Below, in pieces: positions 1 through 9,482 of a stretch of 27,135 bases of DNA (position 1 is its first letter; the number at the start of each line of letters is the position of its first letter). A program made the position numbers and the translations under genes. The DNA is from an uncultured Clostridia bacterium. GTDB lineage: Bacteria > Bacillota > Clostridia > TANB77 > CAG-508. Below the pieces are notes generated by a model that saw only the letters and a list, made by a program, of their open reading frames with translations, did not search any database and was not told the origin of the DNA. Where the stretch lies: assembly GCA_944392885.1 (NCBI GenBank), contig CALXYG010000011.1, forward strand, positions 1 through 27,135. The letters are read 5' to 3'.

Positions 1-2
1 AG

Positions 3-719
3 GAATTAACAGTAAGTAGAGAACCAGTCAAACTACATGGATTAGTGACAGAACGAGAGCAAAAAAATTTTTTAGAAACAAATTTAGGTCAAGCTATCAA
101 TTTCGCGGTAGATGTAGGATTAAGAGCTATTTTACCTAATTTTATAGAAGATAGTGTAATTCAAATTAAAGATACAATATTTCAAGAAGGGTTTAGTGAA
201 GGCATAAAATCAGTTATAAGTTCTGGAATTGATTTAGGAAAAAGCGTTATAGGAGTTGTTACTGGAAAATTTGATAATATTAATCAAATGCAAAATGCAG
301 TCCAAAATGGAGGAATTATAGATGGAAGCTCCGAACTAATTGATTCAGTTTTAAATAAAATACAACAAAAAGGAATACTATCTAAAAATGTAATTTCTAT
401 AATTAAACATGGAAAGGACATATTATTAGATAATATAACAAAAAATATAGAAGAAGCACTAACTAAACAAATAAAAGAAATAGAAAAAATTCAAACATAT
501 TCTGCAAAATGGAAAGAATTTTATGGAAGTAAAGACTTTACTAATATGGAAAAACAATATAAAAAAATAAAAAACAGTCTAGAAAAGGTTATGCCGATAG
601 AACAAGTAATAGTAGAAGCTAGAGAAATAGAAAACTTGCATAGCCTTATAAAAAATAATGGGAAAAACTTTGAGCTTTCTCAAACAGAACAAGAGTTAGC
701 GAAAAAATTAGTATCCTAG
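3..719 (+). CDS. C-terminal part of a hypothetical protein (5' end outside the window)
   Basis: The frame is open from the window edge, with no stop before the GTG at 45 that the ORF track uses as a start. TAG stop at 717-719. No catalytic motif recognised. It occupies the position upstream of gyrA where gyrB is commonly found, but it is clearly not GyrB. Confidence 0.5.
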   Translation, partial: ELTVSREPVKLHGLVTEREQKNFLETNLGQAINFAVDVGLRAILPNFIEDSVIQIKDTIFQEGFSEGIKSVISSGIDLGKSVIGVVTGKFDNINQMQNAVQNGGIIDGSSELIDSVLNKIQQKGILSKNVISIIKHGKDILLDNITKNIEEALTKQIKEIEKIQTYSAKWKEFYGSKDFTNMEKQYKKIKNSLEKVMPIEQVIVEAREIENLHSLIKNNGKNFELSQTEQELAKKLVS

Positions 720-741
720 CAATTTAAATTCATTTTTTTAC

Positions 742-770
742 TTGCATATTTTCTTACGGTTTAGTATAAT
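742..770 (+). promoter_or_regulatory. sigma-A type promoter upstream of gyrA
   Basis: TTGCAT (742-747), 17-nt spacer, TATAAT (765-770). It lies about 37 nt upstream of the gyrA GTG start, which is preceded by the RBS AAAAGGGG. Confidence 0.6.
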
Positions 771-806
771 ACAAAGGAATTACAAAATAGGAAAAGGGGT
801 ATAAAA

Positions 807-3242
807 GTGGAAGACAAAGCAGAAAATATTATTGACAGAAACATTGAAGTAGAGATGAAAACATCTTATATTGATTATGCAATGAGTGTTATTGTATCTC
901 GTGCTCTTCCTGATGTTAGAGATGGATTAAAGCCTGTACATAGAAGAATATTATATGCTATGTATGAAGATGGAATTACTTCTGATAAGCCGTATAGAAA
1001 ATGTGCTAATACAGTAGGTTCTGTATTAGGAAGATATCATCCACATGGAGATAGTTCTGTTTATGATGCGATGGTAAGAATGGCACAAGATTTTTCAATG
1101 AGATATATGTTAATTGATGGACACGGAAATTTTGGTTCAATAGATGGTGATGGAGCAGCCGCTATGAGGTATACTGAAGCAAGAATGTCAAAGATTTCAG
1201 AACAAATGCTAGTAGATATTGAAAAAAATACTGTTAACTTCATGCCAAACTATGATGATCGCTTAAAAGAACCAGTTGTATTACCTTCAAAAATACCAGC
1301 GTTATTAATTAATGGTTCATCAGGAATAGCTGTAGGAATGGCAACTAATATACCACCACATAATTTAACTGAAATAATTAATGGAATTATTAGAATAATT
1401 GAAACAGACAATGTAACAGATGAAGAATTAATATCCATTATAAAAGGTCCAGATTTTCCAACAGAAGGTATTATTTTGGGAAAAGAAGGTATTAAACAAG
1501 CATATACGACAGGAAGAGGTAAAATAACAGTTAGAGCTGAAGCTGAAATAGAAGAGATGAGCGGAAATAAACAGAGAATAATAGTAAATTCATTGCCATA
1601 CCAAGTAAATAAAGCAAAATTAATTGAAAACATTGCAGGATTAGTTCGTGAGAAACGAATTGAAGGAATTTCTGAACTAAGAGATGAATCTGATAGAAAT
1701 GATAGAGTTCGTATTGTAATTGAATTAAAAAGAGATGCAAATGCACAGGTAGTTCTTAACCAACTATATAAAAACACACAAATGCAAGATACATTTGGTA
1801 TTATTATGCTAGCTTTAGTAAATGGAGAACCAAAAATATTAACATTGCGTGAATGTTTAATTCATTATATAGAGCATAGAAAAGAAGTTATTTTAAGAAA
1901 AACAAAGTTTGATTTAGATAAAGCAGAAGCAAGAGCACACATTTTAGAGGGATTAAAGATAGCAATTGACAATATTGACGAAGTTATTAATATTATACGC
2001 TCCTCTTATGATGATGCTAAAGAACGACTAATGGAACGTTTTGGACTTACTGAAATACAAGCACAAGCTATTTTAGATATGAGATTAAAAACATTATCTG
2101 GATTACAAAGAGAAAAAATAGATGAAGAATACAATGAACTTTTAAAATTAATTGCCTACTATAAAGAAGTATTAGGTAGTGAAAAATTAGTATTTGATAT
2201 TATAAAAACAGAGCTTTTAGAAATAAAAGAAAAATTTGGAGATGAAAGAAAAACAAAGATAATTGCTGCAGAAGGAGAGTTAGATGTAGAGGATTTAATT
2301 AAAGAAGAGCAAAACGTTGTAGCCCTAACACATTTTGGCTATATCAAAAGAATGCCAATTGACACTTATAAAAGCCAAAAACGTGGAGGAAAGGGAATTA
2401 CAGGAATAGCGACAAGGGAAGAAGATTTTGTAAAAGAAATTTTTACTATGTCTACACATGATACTATTCTTTTCTTTAGTAATAAGGGAAAATTATATCG
2501 TTTAAGAGGATATGAATTGCCAGAAGCAGGAAGGACAGCAAAAGGAACAGCAATTGTTAATCTATTAAGTTTAGATGCAGGTGAAAAAATTTCTGCTATA
2601 ATTCCAATCCAAAATTTTGCAGAAGGTAAATATTTATTATTTGCAACCAGAAATGGATTAATCAAAAAGACACCTTTAATAGAATATAATTCAGTTAGAA
2701 AAACAGGACTTCAAGCAATAAATCTAAAAGATGAAGATGAACTGATTGATGTAAGACTAACAGATGGAGAAGATAATGTTGTTCTAGTAACCAGAGAAGG
2801 AATGAGCATTACATTCGATGAAAAAGATGTAAGACCAGTAGGCAGGGTATCACAAGGGGTTATAGGAATAAGATTAGATGAAAACGATATGGTAATAGGT
2901 ATGGAATCAATATTAGGTGGAAGTAAAGCAACACTTCTTGCAATTACGGAAAATGGATTTGGGAAGAGAACTGAATTAGATGAATATCGAGTACAGGTAA
3001 GAGGTGGAAAAGGAGTTATTACCTATAAAATCACACCAAAAACAGGGTCAATAGTAGGAATTCGAATTGTAAATGAAAATGATGATGTTATGATAATTAC
3101 AGATACAGGAACTATTATTAGAATTAATGTAAAAGACATTAGTGTTTTAGGAAGAAGTACACAAGGTGTAACTTTAATGCGAACAAATGAAGGAAAGGTA
3201 GTAAGTATAGAAAAAATTTCAGAAAAAGATATGGAAGAATAA
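807..3242 (+). CDS. gyrA: DNA gyrase subunit A
   Basis: 811 aa with hallmark GyrA motifs: [34 protein letters not shown] and [11 protein letters not shown] (catalytic Tyr region), plus a C-terminal beta-pinwheel repeat region. GTG start with RBS. Confidence 0.97.
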   Translation: MEDKAENIIDRNIEVEMKTSYIDYAMSVIVSRALPDVRDGLKPVHRRILYAMYEDGITSDKPYRKCANTVGSVLGRYHPHGDSSVYDAMVRMAQDFSMRYMLIDGHGNFGSIDGDGAAAMRYTEARMSKISEQMLVDIEKNTVNFMPNYDDRLKEPVVLPSKIPALLINGSSGIAVGMATNIPPHNLTEIINGIIRIIETDNVTDEELISIIKGPDFPTEGIILGKEGIKQAYTTGRGKITVRAEAEIEEMSGNKQRIIVNSLPYQVNKAKLIENIAGLVREKRIEGISELRDESDRNDRVRIVIELKRDANAQVVLNQLYKNTQMQDTFGIIMLALVNGEPKILTLRECLIHYIEHRKEVILRKTKFDLDKAEARAHILEGLKIAIDNIDEVINIIRSSYDDAKERLMERFGLTEIQAQAILDMRLKTLSGLQREKIDEEYNELLKLIAYYKEVLGSEKLVFDIIKTELLEIKEKFGDERKTKIIAAEGELDVEDLIKEEQNVVALTHFGYIKRMPIDTYKSQKRGGKGITGIATREEDFVKEIFTMSTHDTILFFSNKGKLYRLRGYELPEAGRTAKGTAIVNLLSLDAGEKISAIIPIQNFAEGKYLLFATRNGLIKKTPLIEYNSVRKTGLQAINLKDEDELIDVRLTDGEDNVVLVTREGMSITFDEKDVRPVGRVSQGVIGIRLDENDMVIGMESILGGSKATLLAITENGFGKRTELDEYRVQVRGGKGVITYKITPKTGSIVGIRIVNENDDVMIITDTGTIIRINVKDISVLGRSTQGVTLMRTNEGKVVSIEKISEKDMEE

Positions 3243-3246
3243 TTTT

Positions 3247-3284
3247 AAAATCCTAACCTTATTGCACAGGTTAGGATTTTTATT
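3247..3284 (+). terminator. rho-independent terminator of gyrA
   Basis: Perfect 13-bp stem aaaatcctaacct / aggttaggatttt with loop tattgcac, followed by a T-rich tail. It begins immediately after the gyrA stop. Confidence 0.8.
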
Positions 3285-3438
3285 ACTATATGATGAAAGT
3301 TAGTATACTTTAATAATATCAAAATACATTGTACACAAATTCTTTCAAAAACTTGGCACCTTAAACAAGTTCGCAAAAAGCCAAAGATAAAGTTCAGAGT
3401 TTGCATAAATTATGAGGTTTTCAGATTAATGCAAAAAA

Positions 3439-4455
3439 TTATTTGGCTTTTACTTGGTTAAATCTTATATCGTCTCCAAAAAACCTACAAATATGGTAAT
3501 GACCAACGAATCTTGAACCAAGACGTTCTTCATAATTATCAAAAATATTTTTTAAACTTAAGTTAGTAGAAATAATAGTTTTAGTAATTTTATGATTCTG
3601 ATTTAATAATCTAGAATTTATTATATTAAACAATTCAGTAAATTTCATATTATTCATAGTTTCTGTACCTAGATCATCAATTATCAGTAAGTCAACTGTT
3701 AATAAATTTTCAATAATACTAAAATTACAGTTAGGCTTATTGAATCTATAGTCAATGATTTCGTCCAACATGACAGGAGCTGTCTGATAAAGAACAGTTT
3801 TTCCTTGTTTTAACAGTTCATAGGCAATGCAATTTGACAGAAATGTCTTACCTAGTCCGGTATTGCCTATAAACAACAAATTTCGTTCATCTGGATTATC
3901 AAAATGTTCTATAAAATGCTCACAAATAGATTTTATATTTCTAATATTTTCTCTTGGAGAAATAGAAGCATGATATTTTTCTGAATTTACCTCATCAGAA
4001 TAGTTGTCAAATGAAAACGTGGAAAAGTTTTCATTCTCTAAATTACCAATATTGGATTTGTTATATTCTATGTTATAAATACGTTGCTTTAGGCAAGAAC
4101 ACATAATAGATTTATTATCTTGTTGAAAATAACCAGTATCCTTGCATAATTTACATTCATAAATTGGTTCAAAATAAGAAAAATCCAACCCAAGTTGTTG
4201 CAAAAAACTAAGTTTTTTATTTTGGATATCAGTTATTTTTTGTTTAATCTGTTTTAAAAAAACATCTTTATCTTCAGGTTTTGTTATAAGAGAACGGCTA
4301 TATGATATTGATGCCATTGAAAGTTCTTCCTCTAATTTTGCAAAATCCGGATATTTTAAAAGAAAAGAAGATTTTTTCTCTTCAGCCTGCCTAATAGCAA
4401 AACGTCTTTTATTCTCATATTCATTTAACAATTCTTTATGCATATTTATTTCCAT
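3439..4455 (-). CDS. DnaI/DnaC-type replicative helicase loader (IstB-like AAA+ ATPase with N-terminal zinc module)
   Basis: Walker A GNTGLGKTF, Walker B LLIIDDLGTE, and N-terminal Cys cluster CKLCKDTGY...CSC. I place the start at the ATG at 4455 (MEINMHKELL), preceded by AAGGAA..GGTGA, rather than at the ORF-track start 4506. Confidence 0.8.
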   Translation of the reverse strand: MEINMHKELLNEYENKRRFAIRQAEEKKSSFLLKYPDFAKLEEELSMASISYSRSLITKPEDKDVFLKQIKQKITDIQNKKLSFLQQLGLDFSYFEPIYECKLCKDTGYFQQDNKSIMCSCLKQRIYNIEYNKSNIGNLENENFSTFSFDNYSDEVNSEKYHASISPRENIRNIKSICEHFIEHFDNPDERNLLFIGNTGLGKTFLSNCIAYELLKQGKTVLYQTAPVMLDEIIDYRFNKPNCNFSIIENLLTVDLLIIDDLGTETMNNMKFTELFNIINSRLLNQNHKITKTIISTNLSLKNIFDNYEERLGSRFVGHYHICRFFGDDIRFNQVKAK

Positions 4456-4518
4456 ATTATCACCAATTTCCTTATTATGCAAAATAAATAAAATATAAAT
4501 AATCAATTTTACTTAGTA

Positions 4519-5499
4519 TTAAGAATTTGATTTTAAAATAGGATTAGCATATAAACTTTCTAAATTATCATAGTTTCGCTGATCATAAGATTGAAAACTA
4601 GATTTCTTCTCTAACTCTTTAGTTTTTTTGTTTTTTTCTTTCATTTGTTGTATAAATTCTTGCACCTCAGCAGAAGTTTTAAGTCCACGTTCTTTCCAAT
4701 CAGAAAGTAATTTATCAATATAGTCAAAATTTGGATTTGCTTTAGAAGTAGTTCTTTTTAAAGCAATATCTATAATGTCTTGAGAAAAACCATATTCGAC
4801 AATCCATTTTTCTATATATGCTGATTCAAATTGAGTAAGAGAGCGATTAAACCCTAATTTTTTTGCAATAGATTTTCCTATAATATTTAGTTTTTCCTGT
4901 TTTTGATAATAATTATCTAAATCCATAAAAGTTTTAATATTACTTTTACTCCATGCCTCAGCTACAGTTTGAACATAATTTCGATGTAGGGCAGATTTCT
5001 CAAAACAATACCCAAAAAGTGAAATCATAACTTGTTCATCAAATTGATACTTACGAAACCACAAATCAATATCATTATACCAAGAAGGAGACATAACACC
5101 CTGAAAATAAAGGTTATTAATATTCTCAATTGCTTTAGCACGATATTTATTTTGAGCAGTCAGTTCAGCTTGTTCTGGAGTAGAAGTTAGCTTTGGTGTA
5201 TATAATGAGAATAATTCTTTCTCTTGAAGATTTGTTAAAATATAACCAGTGTTCTTTTTAGTAATAACTCCTTGTGATTCCCAGTAAGAAAGAGCTTCTT
5301 GTATTATATTAAATGAAAGAGACAATTTTTTTGATAAGTCAGTTATTTTTACATCTTTATTATACTTAGACAAAAAAAGAATATATAAATAAACTTTAAC
5401 ATAATCACCTTTTGCAGCAGATAAATACTCTGTAAAAAAAATATCTGGCAATTCTGTATTAGAAAAAAGCATTGACTTATCATTTTGCTCCAATTTCAT
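4519..5499 (-). CDS. DnaD/DnaB(B. subtilis-type) domain replication initiation / membrane attachment protein
   Basis: About 327 aa with the DnaB_2/DnaD-like architecture and a YIEKW-type repeat region. It lies directly upstream of the helicase-loader gene, as in the Firmicute dnaB-dnaI pairs. Start moved to the ATG at 5499 (MKLEQNDK), preceded by a perfect AGGAGG 8 nt upstream. The ORF-track start 5550 has no RBS. Confidence 0.75.
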   Translation of the reverse strand: MKLEQNDKSMLFSNTELPDIFFTEYLSAAKGDYVKVYLYILFLSKYNKDVKITDLSKKLSLSFNIIQEALSYWESQGVITKKNTGYILTNLQEKELFSLYTPKLTSTPEQAELTAQNKYRAKAIENINNLYFQGVMSPSWYNDIDLWFRKYQFDEQVMISLFGYCFEKSALHRNYVQTVAEAWSKSNIKTFMDLDNYYQKQEKLNIIGKSIAKKLGFNRSLTQFESAYIEKWIVEYGFSQDIIDIALKRTTSKANPNFDYIDKLLSDWKERGLKTSAEVQEFIQQMKEKNKKTKELEKKSSFQSYDQRNYDNLESLYANPILKSNS

Positions 5500-5561
5500 T
5501 TTAATTGTCCTCCTTTTACTGATATAGTTATATTTTTCGATTATATGCAATATAATTTCTT

Positions 5562-5592
5562 AGCGAATGCCATGATGTAGCATTCGCTTTTT
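5562..5592. other. 9-bp GC-containing hairpin between the T4SS-like cluster and dnaD
   Basis: agcgaatgc (5562-5570), 9-nt loop, gcattcgct (5580-5588), then TTTT on the plus strand. It therefore looks like an intrinsic terminator only in the plus orientation, antisense to the flanking genes. In the minus orientation an A-run precedes it and no U-run follows. Confidence 0.4.
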
Positions 5593-5631
5593 AAATTATA
5601 GCATCTCGACAAATTTTTTACAATAATATTA

Positions 5632-5916
5632 TTAAATTTTAGAATAAAAATAAATGCGACGATTTTTTAAAAAATAATAAATGTAGGAACAAATGACAAA
5701 TATATTTTCTTGGTGGATACCAAAAAAACTAAGTAAAAAAACAGGAATAAAAAAAGTTGTACATATAAAAATTTTTACTTCTAAAACATTAAAAAATAAA
5801 TTGGAAAATGCAAATAGAAAACAGAACCAGGAAATATTAAAAAAAAGTGTAGGATAATCAAAAAGACCAAACAAGCGAAATCGAAAATGATAGTTCTGTG
5901 GGAAAATAAAATGCAT
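5632..5916 (-). CDS. small two-TM membrane protein, PrgI/VirB3-like
   Basis: About 94 aa. A short cytoplasmic N-terminus (FRLFGLFDYPTL) is followed by two hydrophobic helices and a basic/aromatic tail, the layout of Gram-positive PrgI/TcpE-type VirB3 analogues. The ATG at 5916-5914 overlaps the upstream TGA (TGATG), with GGAGG in the end of the upstream gene, which indicates translational coupling. Family assignment is by pattern and context only. Confidence 0.5.
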   Translation of the reverse strand: MHFIFPQNYHFRFRLFGLFDYPTLFFNISWFCFLFAFSNLFFNVLEVKIFICTTFFIPVFLLSFFGIHQENIFVICSYIYYFLKNRRIYFYSKI

Positions 5917-6797
5917 CAACTACCTCCTTTGAAAAAAGACTTAATACCATAAAAACCGTTACTAATCTCTGAAGAAATACCACCCATCCATTCTTTTACT
6001 ATGTTATTTGCCTTTATAAAAGCATATATACAACCAACTATAATTAATTTTGGGAAAAGGTCATCCGTATAATCAACAGAAAAGGCAATGAGCAGAACAA
6101 AAGAAATAAAAACCTGAACTAATAAAAAAGCAAGAAAACTTCGAAACCATATACGGAAAAACCAAGAAGTAGAATTTAAAACAAGAGACATAATTGCAAA
6201 AGGAGAAATTAAAATCCATATTTTAATTAAAACATAACGCAAGGAATACGTAAACAATAATTGCAAAAGGCCAAAAGAAATAAAACCCTTTATCAAACCA
6301 TCTAGAGAGAATAAATTAAAATTATCTTTACCGACAGAAATAACTGAATTTAATTGTTCAATAAGTGTGGAAAAACAAATTGATTTGTTTAGTAAGTTTT
6401 CACCTAAATTGCGAATAGCAGAGGACAAAAATGAAACAAATGAAATAATCTGCTCGCAAAAGAAAAAGCAACAATTCATAAGAATCAAAAAGAAAATAAT
6501 TCTGAAAAAGAAAGATAATGGTTTTTGCACATTTGTAGATGTATAAAAGGAAATAAAATTAGAACCAGCAAAATAAAGGAGTATTCCAAGCAAAAGAGTA
6601 TTACAAATAAATAAAATTCCATTTTGCGTTTCAGAACCTAAAAATTGTTCTAAAGGAGAATTTGTTAATATATCAGAGCTAATAAATGTAATATCATCTA
6701 AAACAGAATAAAGGTTATTGTCAATAGAAGAAAACAAATTTGAAAACAAAGAATTTATAGTTTCAAAAATTAATTCGGAAATATTCACGTCTTGCAA
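5916..6797 (-). CDS. polytopic membrane protein, VirB6/TrbL-like
   Basis: 293 aa with at least 6 predicted hydrophobic helices. Its size and its position between a pilin-like gene and a PrgI-like gene match Firmicute ICE VirB6 analogues. TTG start. Confidence 0.55.
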   Translation of the reverse strand: MQDVNISELIFETINSLFSNLFSSIDNNLYSVLDDITFISSDILTNSPLEQFLGSETQNGILFICNTLLLGILLYFAGSNFISFYTSTNVQKPLSFFFRIIFFLILMNCCFFFCEQIISFVSFLSSAIRNLGENLLNKSICFSTLIEQLNSVISVGKDNFNLFSLDGLIKGFISFGLLQLLFTYSLRYVLIKIWILISPFAIMSLVLNSTSWFFRIWFRSFLAFLLVQVFISFVLLIAFSVDYTDDLFPKLIIVGCIYAFIKANNIVKEWMGGISSEISNGFYGIKSFFKGGS

Positions 6798-6813
6798 AAT
6801 ACCACATCCTAAC

Positions 6814-7146
6814 TTAGATTAAGCTTTTAATAGCTGCCAAAATCAAGTCTGTTGCTAAAATAAATGCATATGAAAATAATGCAGCACGAATTAAGCGTTT
6901 ACCAGTTCGAATACGTTCTTCATCACCAAAACTAAATTTTTTCATCAAAACTCCTGTTCCAACGGCAACCGCAGCTGCTGGAGTAGCAATTTTTATCATC
7001 CAATCACTAATCTTTTCAAAAGCATTTCTTATTTTAGAAATAAGCTTAGGGTCAGCAGCAAATGAATCATTACTAAAACAAAATAAAAATAAAATTGTTA
7101 AAAGAATAACTATAAACAAACTATGTTTACAAAAACAACATTTCAT
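6814..7146 (-). CDS. secreted/membrane TrbC/VirB2-like (pilin-like) protein
   Basis: Signal peptide MKCCFCKHSLFIVILLTILFLFCFSNDSFA|ADPK, then two hydrophobic segments (IATPAAAVAVGTGVLM and AALFSYAFILATDLILAAI) separated by a charged loop. This is the VirB2/TrbC layout. Preferred start is the ATG at 7146 (RBS AAAGGAG 8 nt upstream); the ORF-track start is 7164. Confidence 0.5.
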   Translation of the reverse strand: MKCCFCKHSLFIVILLTILFLFCFSNDSFAADPKLISKIRNAFEKISDWMIKIATPAAAVAVGTGVLMKKFSFGDEERIRTGKRLIRAALFSYAFILATDLILAAIKSLI

Positions 7147-8740
7147 TATTTTTACTCCTTTCATTTATATTAAATTGAAAATAAGGTTTCATTTGAACTT
7201 TTAAAGGTGGTAAAATCGAACAACCATTAGATAAAAAAGCAAGACAAGAAAAAACAGGTAATTCTTGTGTAAAAAAATGAGAATCATAAAGAAAATCAGT
7301 TTGAGTATATGATTGAATACTCTCACAAAGACTTGAATTATCTGAACTGAAACTTCTTGTAAGATAATGATAATTTGTTTCTTTAGCATTTTCTGAGATA
7401 GAATAGGTTGTTTTTTCTTTTTCCTCTTTTCCTAATTGTTTTTGGATATCTTCTATAGTAAATGTATCATCTGTACGAAACCAAAGTTTATTAACTAAAT
7501 TTTGCGTTAATACACGGACACATGTAGAATCTTTTAATGTGTTTAATAAAGAAGAATAACTTTGAGTTGCAACGATATTAATGCATTTAGCTTCTCTACT
7601 TTGAGCGAAAAAATTAGCATCTGTTGATGTTACAAATTCATGGAATTCATCACAGAGAAATACAGTAGGTCTATTAGAAGATTGATTTTCTAGAGAAGAC
7701 AAAACTTCTGATTGAAAATCTAGTTTTAGATAAGCTGCAATAAAGCGAGAGAGATTTTGATATTTAGAAAGATTCATTCCTAATACAACGATTTTCCCAT
7801 CATTGAGAACAGACTGAAAACCAGAGAAAGTAATATTTGATTTTTCTGGACAAAATATTTTCTGCACATTATAGTCAGAAAGGAATATAGATGTAATACG
7901 TGAAATTTCGGATTTAATAATAGACAAAACTCTGCTATCTAAACAGTTAAATTCATTTTCAAAAAATTCAATTGCAGAAAGTAAATCAAAGCATTGTTCC
8001 TCATTAAAACGATTTTGTTGAAATAGTAATTTTAACTGTTGTAATTTTTCGTGAAAATAATTATGAGAAAAAATTAATTTATGAATTTCCAAAAAAGTAA
8101 CATAATGATTGTTGTAAAGTCTACATAGTTTAATACATTCTGACAAAACTTGAGCAGACTTATCTAACCAATAAGAGTCAGAATTATTAGGAGAAAATAA
8201 TAAAAGTATGGTTTTCAGGCGATCTGCTAAAGCAGAGGGTTTTAAATGAGGTTTATCCAAAGGATTATAAGTAATAGATCCCCCTAATTTAATTAAAATA
8301 ATATCTTCTTCACGAAAACAATCTTTTGAGAACTGTATAACTTGTTGATAAAAATTTCCCTTGACATCTAAAATCAACATGCCAAGTTTTTTAGAAAAAT
8401 TTGTATTACAATGTTCCATTAATTGTTTACAAAATGGATACATGGCACTAGAAGTTTTACCACTTCCTATAGTTCCAGTAACCAAAATATTTTGATAAAG
8501 ACTTTTTTCAGGTAAAAAAATGGGATTATTAGAATCAAAATCTTTGCCAACATATAGAAAAGGGGACTCATTATCTAGAGGCTTTTGCATATTCTCTTTT
8601 AAATTTTCAATATGATCAAAAAATAGATGATAAAAAAAATTTGCAAAAATCATGGTAGATAAAGAAGATAAAATTAAGTATAATAATTTAGCATAATGCC
8701 AGAAAACTGGAAATCTTTCACAGATATCAAAAGGAGTCAA
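7127..8740 (-). CDS. type IV coupling protein-like ATPase (TrwB/TraD-like, TraG-D_C type C-terminal region)
   Basis: Walker A VTGTIGSGKTSS, Walker B VFLCDEFHEF, then SRE..NIVATQSYSSL..NKLWFRTDD, typical of T4CP nucleotide-binding domains. An N-terminal hydrophobic segment is present. The coding frame stays open upstream to 8854 (see finding on the start codon). Confidence 0.75.
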   Translation of the reverse strand: MTPFDICERFPVFWHYAKLLYLILSSLSTMIFANFFYHLFFDHIENLKENMQKPLDNESPFLYVGKDFDSNNPIFLPEKSLYQNILVTGTIGSGKTSSAMYPFCKQLMEHCNTNFSKKLGMLILDVKGNFYQQVIQFSKDCFREEDIILIKLGGSITYNPLDKPHLKPSALADRLKTILLLFSPNNSDSYWLDKSAQVLSECIKLCRLYNNHYVTFLEIHKLIFSHNYFHEKLQQLKLLFQQNRFNEEQCFDLLSAIEFFENEFNCLDSRVLSIIKSEISRITSIFLSDYNVQKIFCPEKSNITFSGFQSVLNDGKIVVLGMNLSKYQNLSRFIAAYLKLDFQSEVLSSLENQSSNRPTVFLCDEFHEFVTSTDANFFAQSREAKCINIVATQSYSSLLNTLKDSTCVRVLTQNLVNKLWFRTDDTFTIEDIQKQLGKEEKEKTTYSISENAKETNYHYLTRSFSSDNSSLCESIQSYTQTDFLYDSHFFTQELPVFSCLAFLSNGCSILPPLKVQMKPYFQFNINERSKNNEMLFL

Positions 8741-8871
8741 AGAATATGGAATTATAAGTGTAGAAGTTTCAAAAATGGGTTTAAAGAAAAATAAAGAAAA
8801 GAAAAGATTTGAAACACCAGAGAATAATAAAAATGTTATATGTAATAAAAAAATTTAAAAAGACCTCCTTT

Positions 8872-9009
8872 CTAAGAAATTTTTCTTTTTTGTTTTAATT
8901 TGGAACCTTGCAAATGATGGAAAACATTATCCTCAATGAAGGAATAAACAAAATAAGAAACAATAAAAATATTAAATAAAAAAGAAATAAAAAAAAGATG
9001 TAATAACAT
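8872..9009 (-). CDS. small (45 aa) single-pass membrane protein, first gene of the T4SS-like cluster
   Basis: Not on the ORF track because it is under 60 aa. ATG at 9009 is preceded by GAGGTGA plus 7 nt. Sequence MLLHLFFISFLFNIFIVSYFVYSFIEDNVFHHLQGSKLKQKRKIS. Its TAG stop (8874-8872) abuts the AGGAGG that serves the ATPase gene. Confidence 0.4.
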   Translation of the reverse strand: MLLHLFFISFLFNIFIVSYFVYSFIEDNVFHHLQGSKLKQKRKIS

Positions 9010-9132
9010 AAAAAAATCACCTCATTTCCAATTTATACCATATTATAATATTTTTAATAGTTTGTCTATACTTTTTTAAAAATTTATGTTACAATTGAAA
9101 ATGAAAAAAATAAAAGCATAAGGAGGAGAACA

Positions 9133-9318
9133 ATGAAAATTGAAAAAACAACAAAAATAGGTGACATTTTAAAAGAAACACCAGAAAAAGCAGAGATACT
9201 ACTAGCAGCTGGAATGCATTGCTTAGGGTGTCCAGCGGCTCAGGAAGAAACACTAGAAGAAGCATGTGATGTTCACGGAATTGATGTAGAAGATGTAGTT
9301 AATAAATTAAATGCATAA
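9133..9318 (+). CDS. DUF1858 / hybrid-cluster-protein-associated redox disulfide domain protein
   Basis: 61 aa with the pattern T.IGDIL...P....IL...GMHCLGCP.A..ETLEEAC..HGID...V...LN, characteristic of this small family. Strong RBS AAGGAGGAG. Confidence 0.7.
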   Translation: MKIEKTTKIGDILKETPEKAEILLAAGMHCLGCPAAQEETLEEACDVHGIDVEDVVNKLNA

Positions 9319-9351
9319 ATAAAAAGGTGAGATAAAAACTCACCGACAAAT

Positions 9352-9428
9352 GCACTTGTAGCTCAGTAGGATAGAGCGCTCCCCTCCTAAGGGAGAGGTC
9401 GTTGGTTCGATTCCAATCAGGTGCACCA
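9352..9428 (+). tRNA. tRNA-Arg (anticodon CCT, reads AGG)
   Basis: Folds by hand into a cloverleaf. Acceptor gcacttg/caggtgc, D arm gctc..gagc, anticodon stem ctccc/gggag with loop ct-CCT-aa, T arm gttgg-ttcgatt-ccaat, and an encoded CCA end. Confidence 0.93.
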
Positions 9429-9482
9429 AACATAAAAATGCAATTATTATTGGAGCGATAGAACTAAGTTATATTAAATATG

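Noticed and set aside
1061-2665. Four minus-strand ORFs (1061-1243, 1250-1777, 1531-1746, 2366-2665) inside gyrA
   Set aside because: They are antisense shadows of a strongly supported gene. They are low-complexity and hydrophobic, with no RBS.
3345-3438. Possible terminator for the helicase-loader gene (weak ttggc/gccaa stem plus T-run on the minus strand)
   Set aside because: It has only 5-6 bp of pairing with a loop of about 21 nt, which is too weak to call.
7201-7389. 62-aa minus-strand ORF overlapping the 3' part of the coupling ATPase gene in another frame
   Set aside because: It is nested within a well-supported CDS, has no RBS, and is low-complexity.
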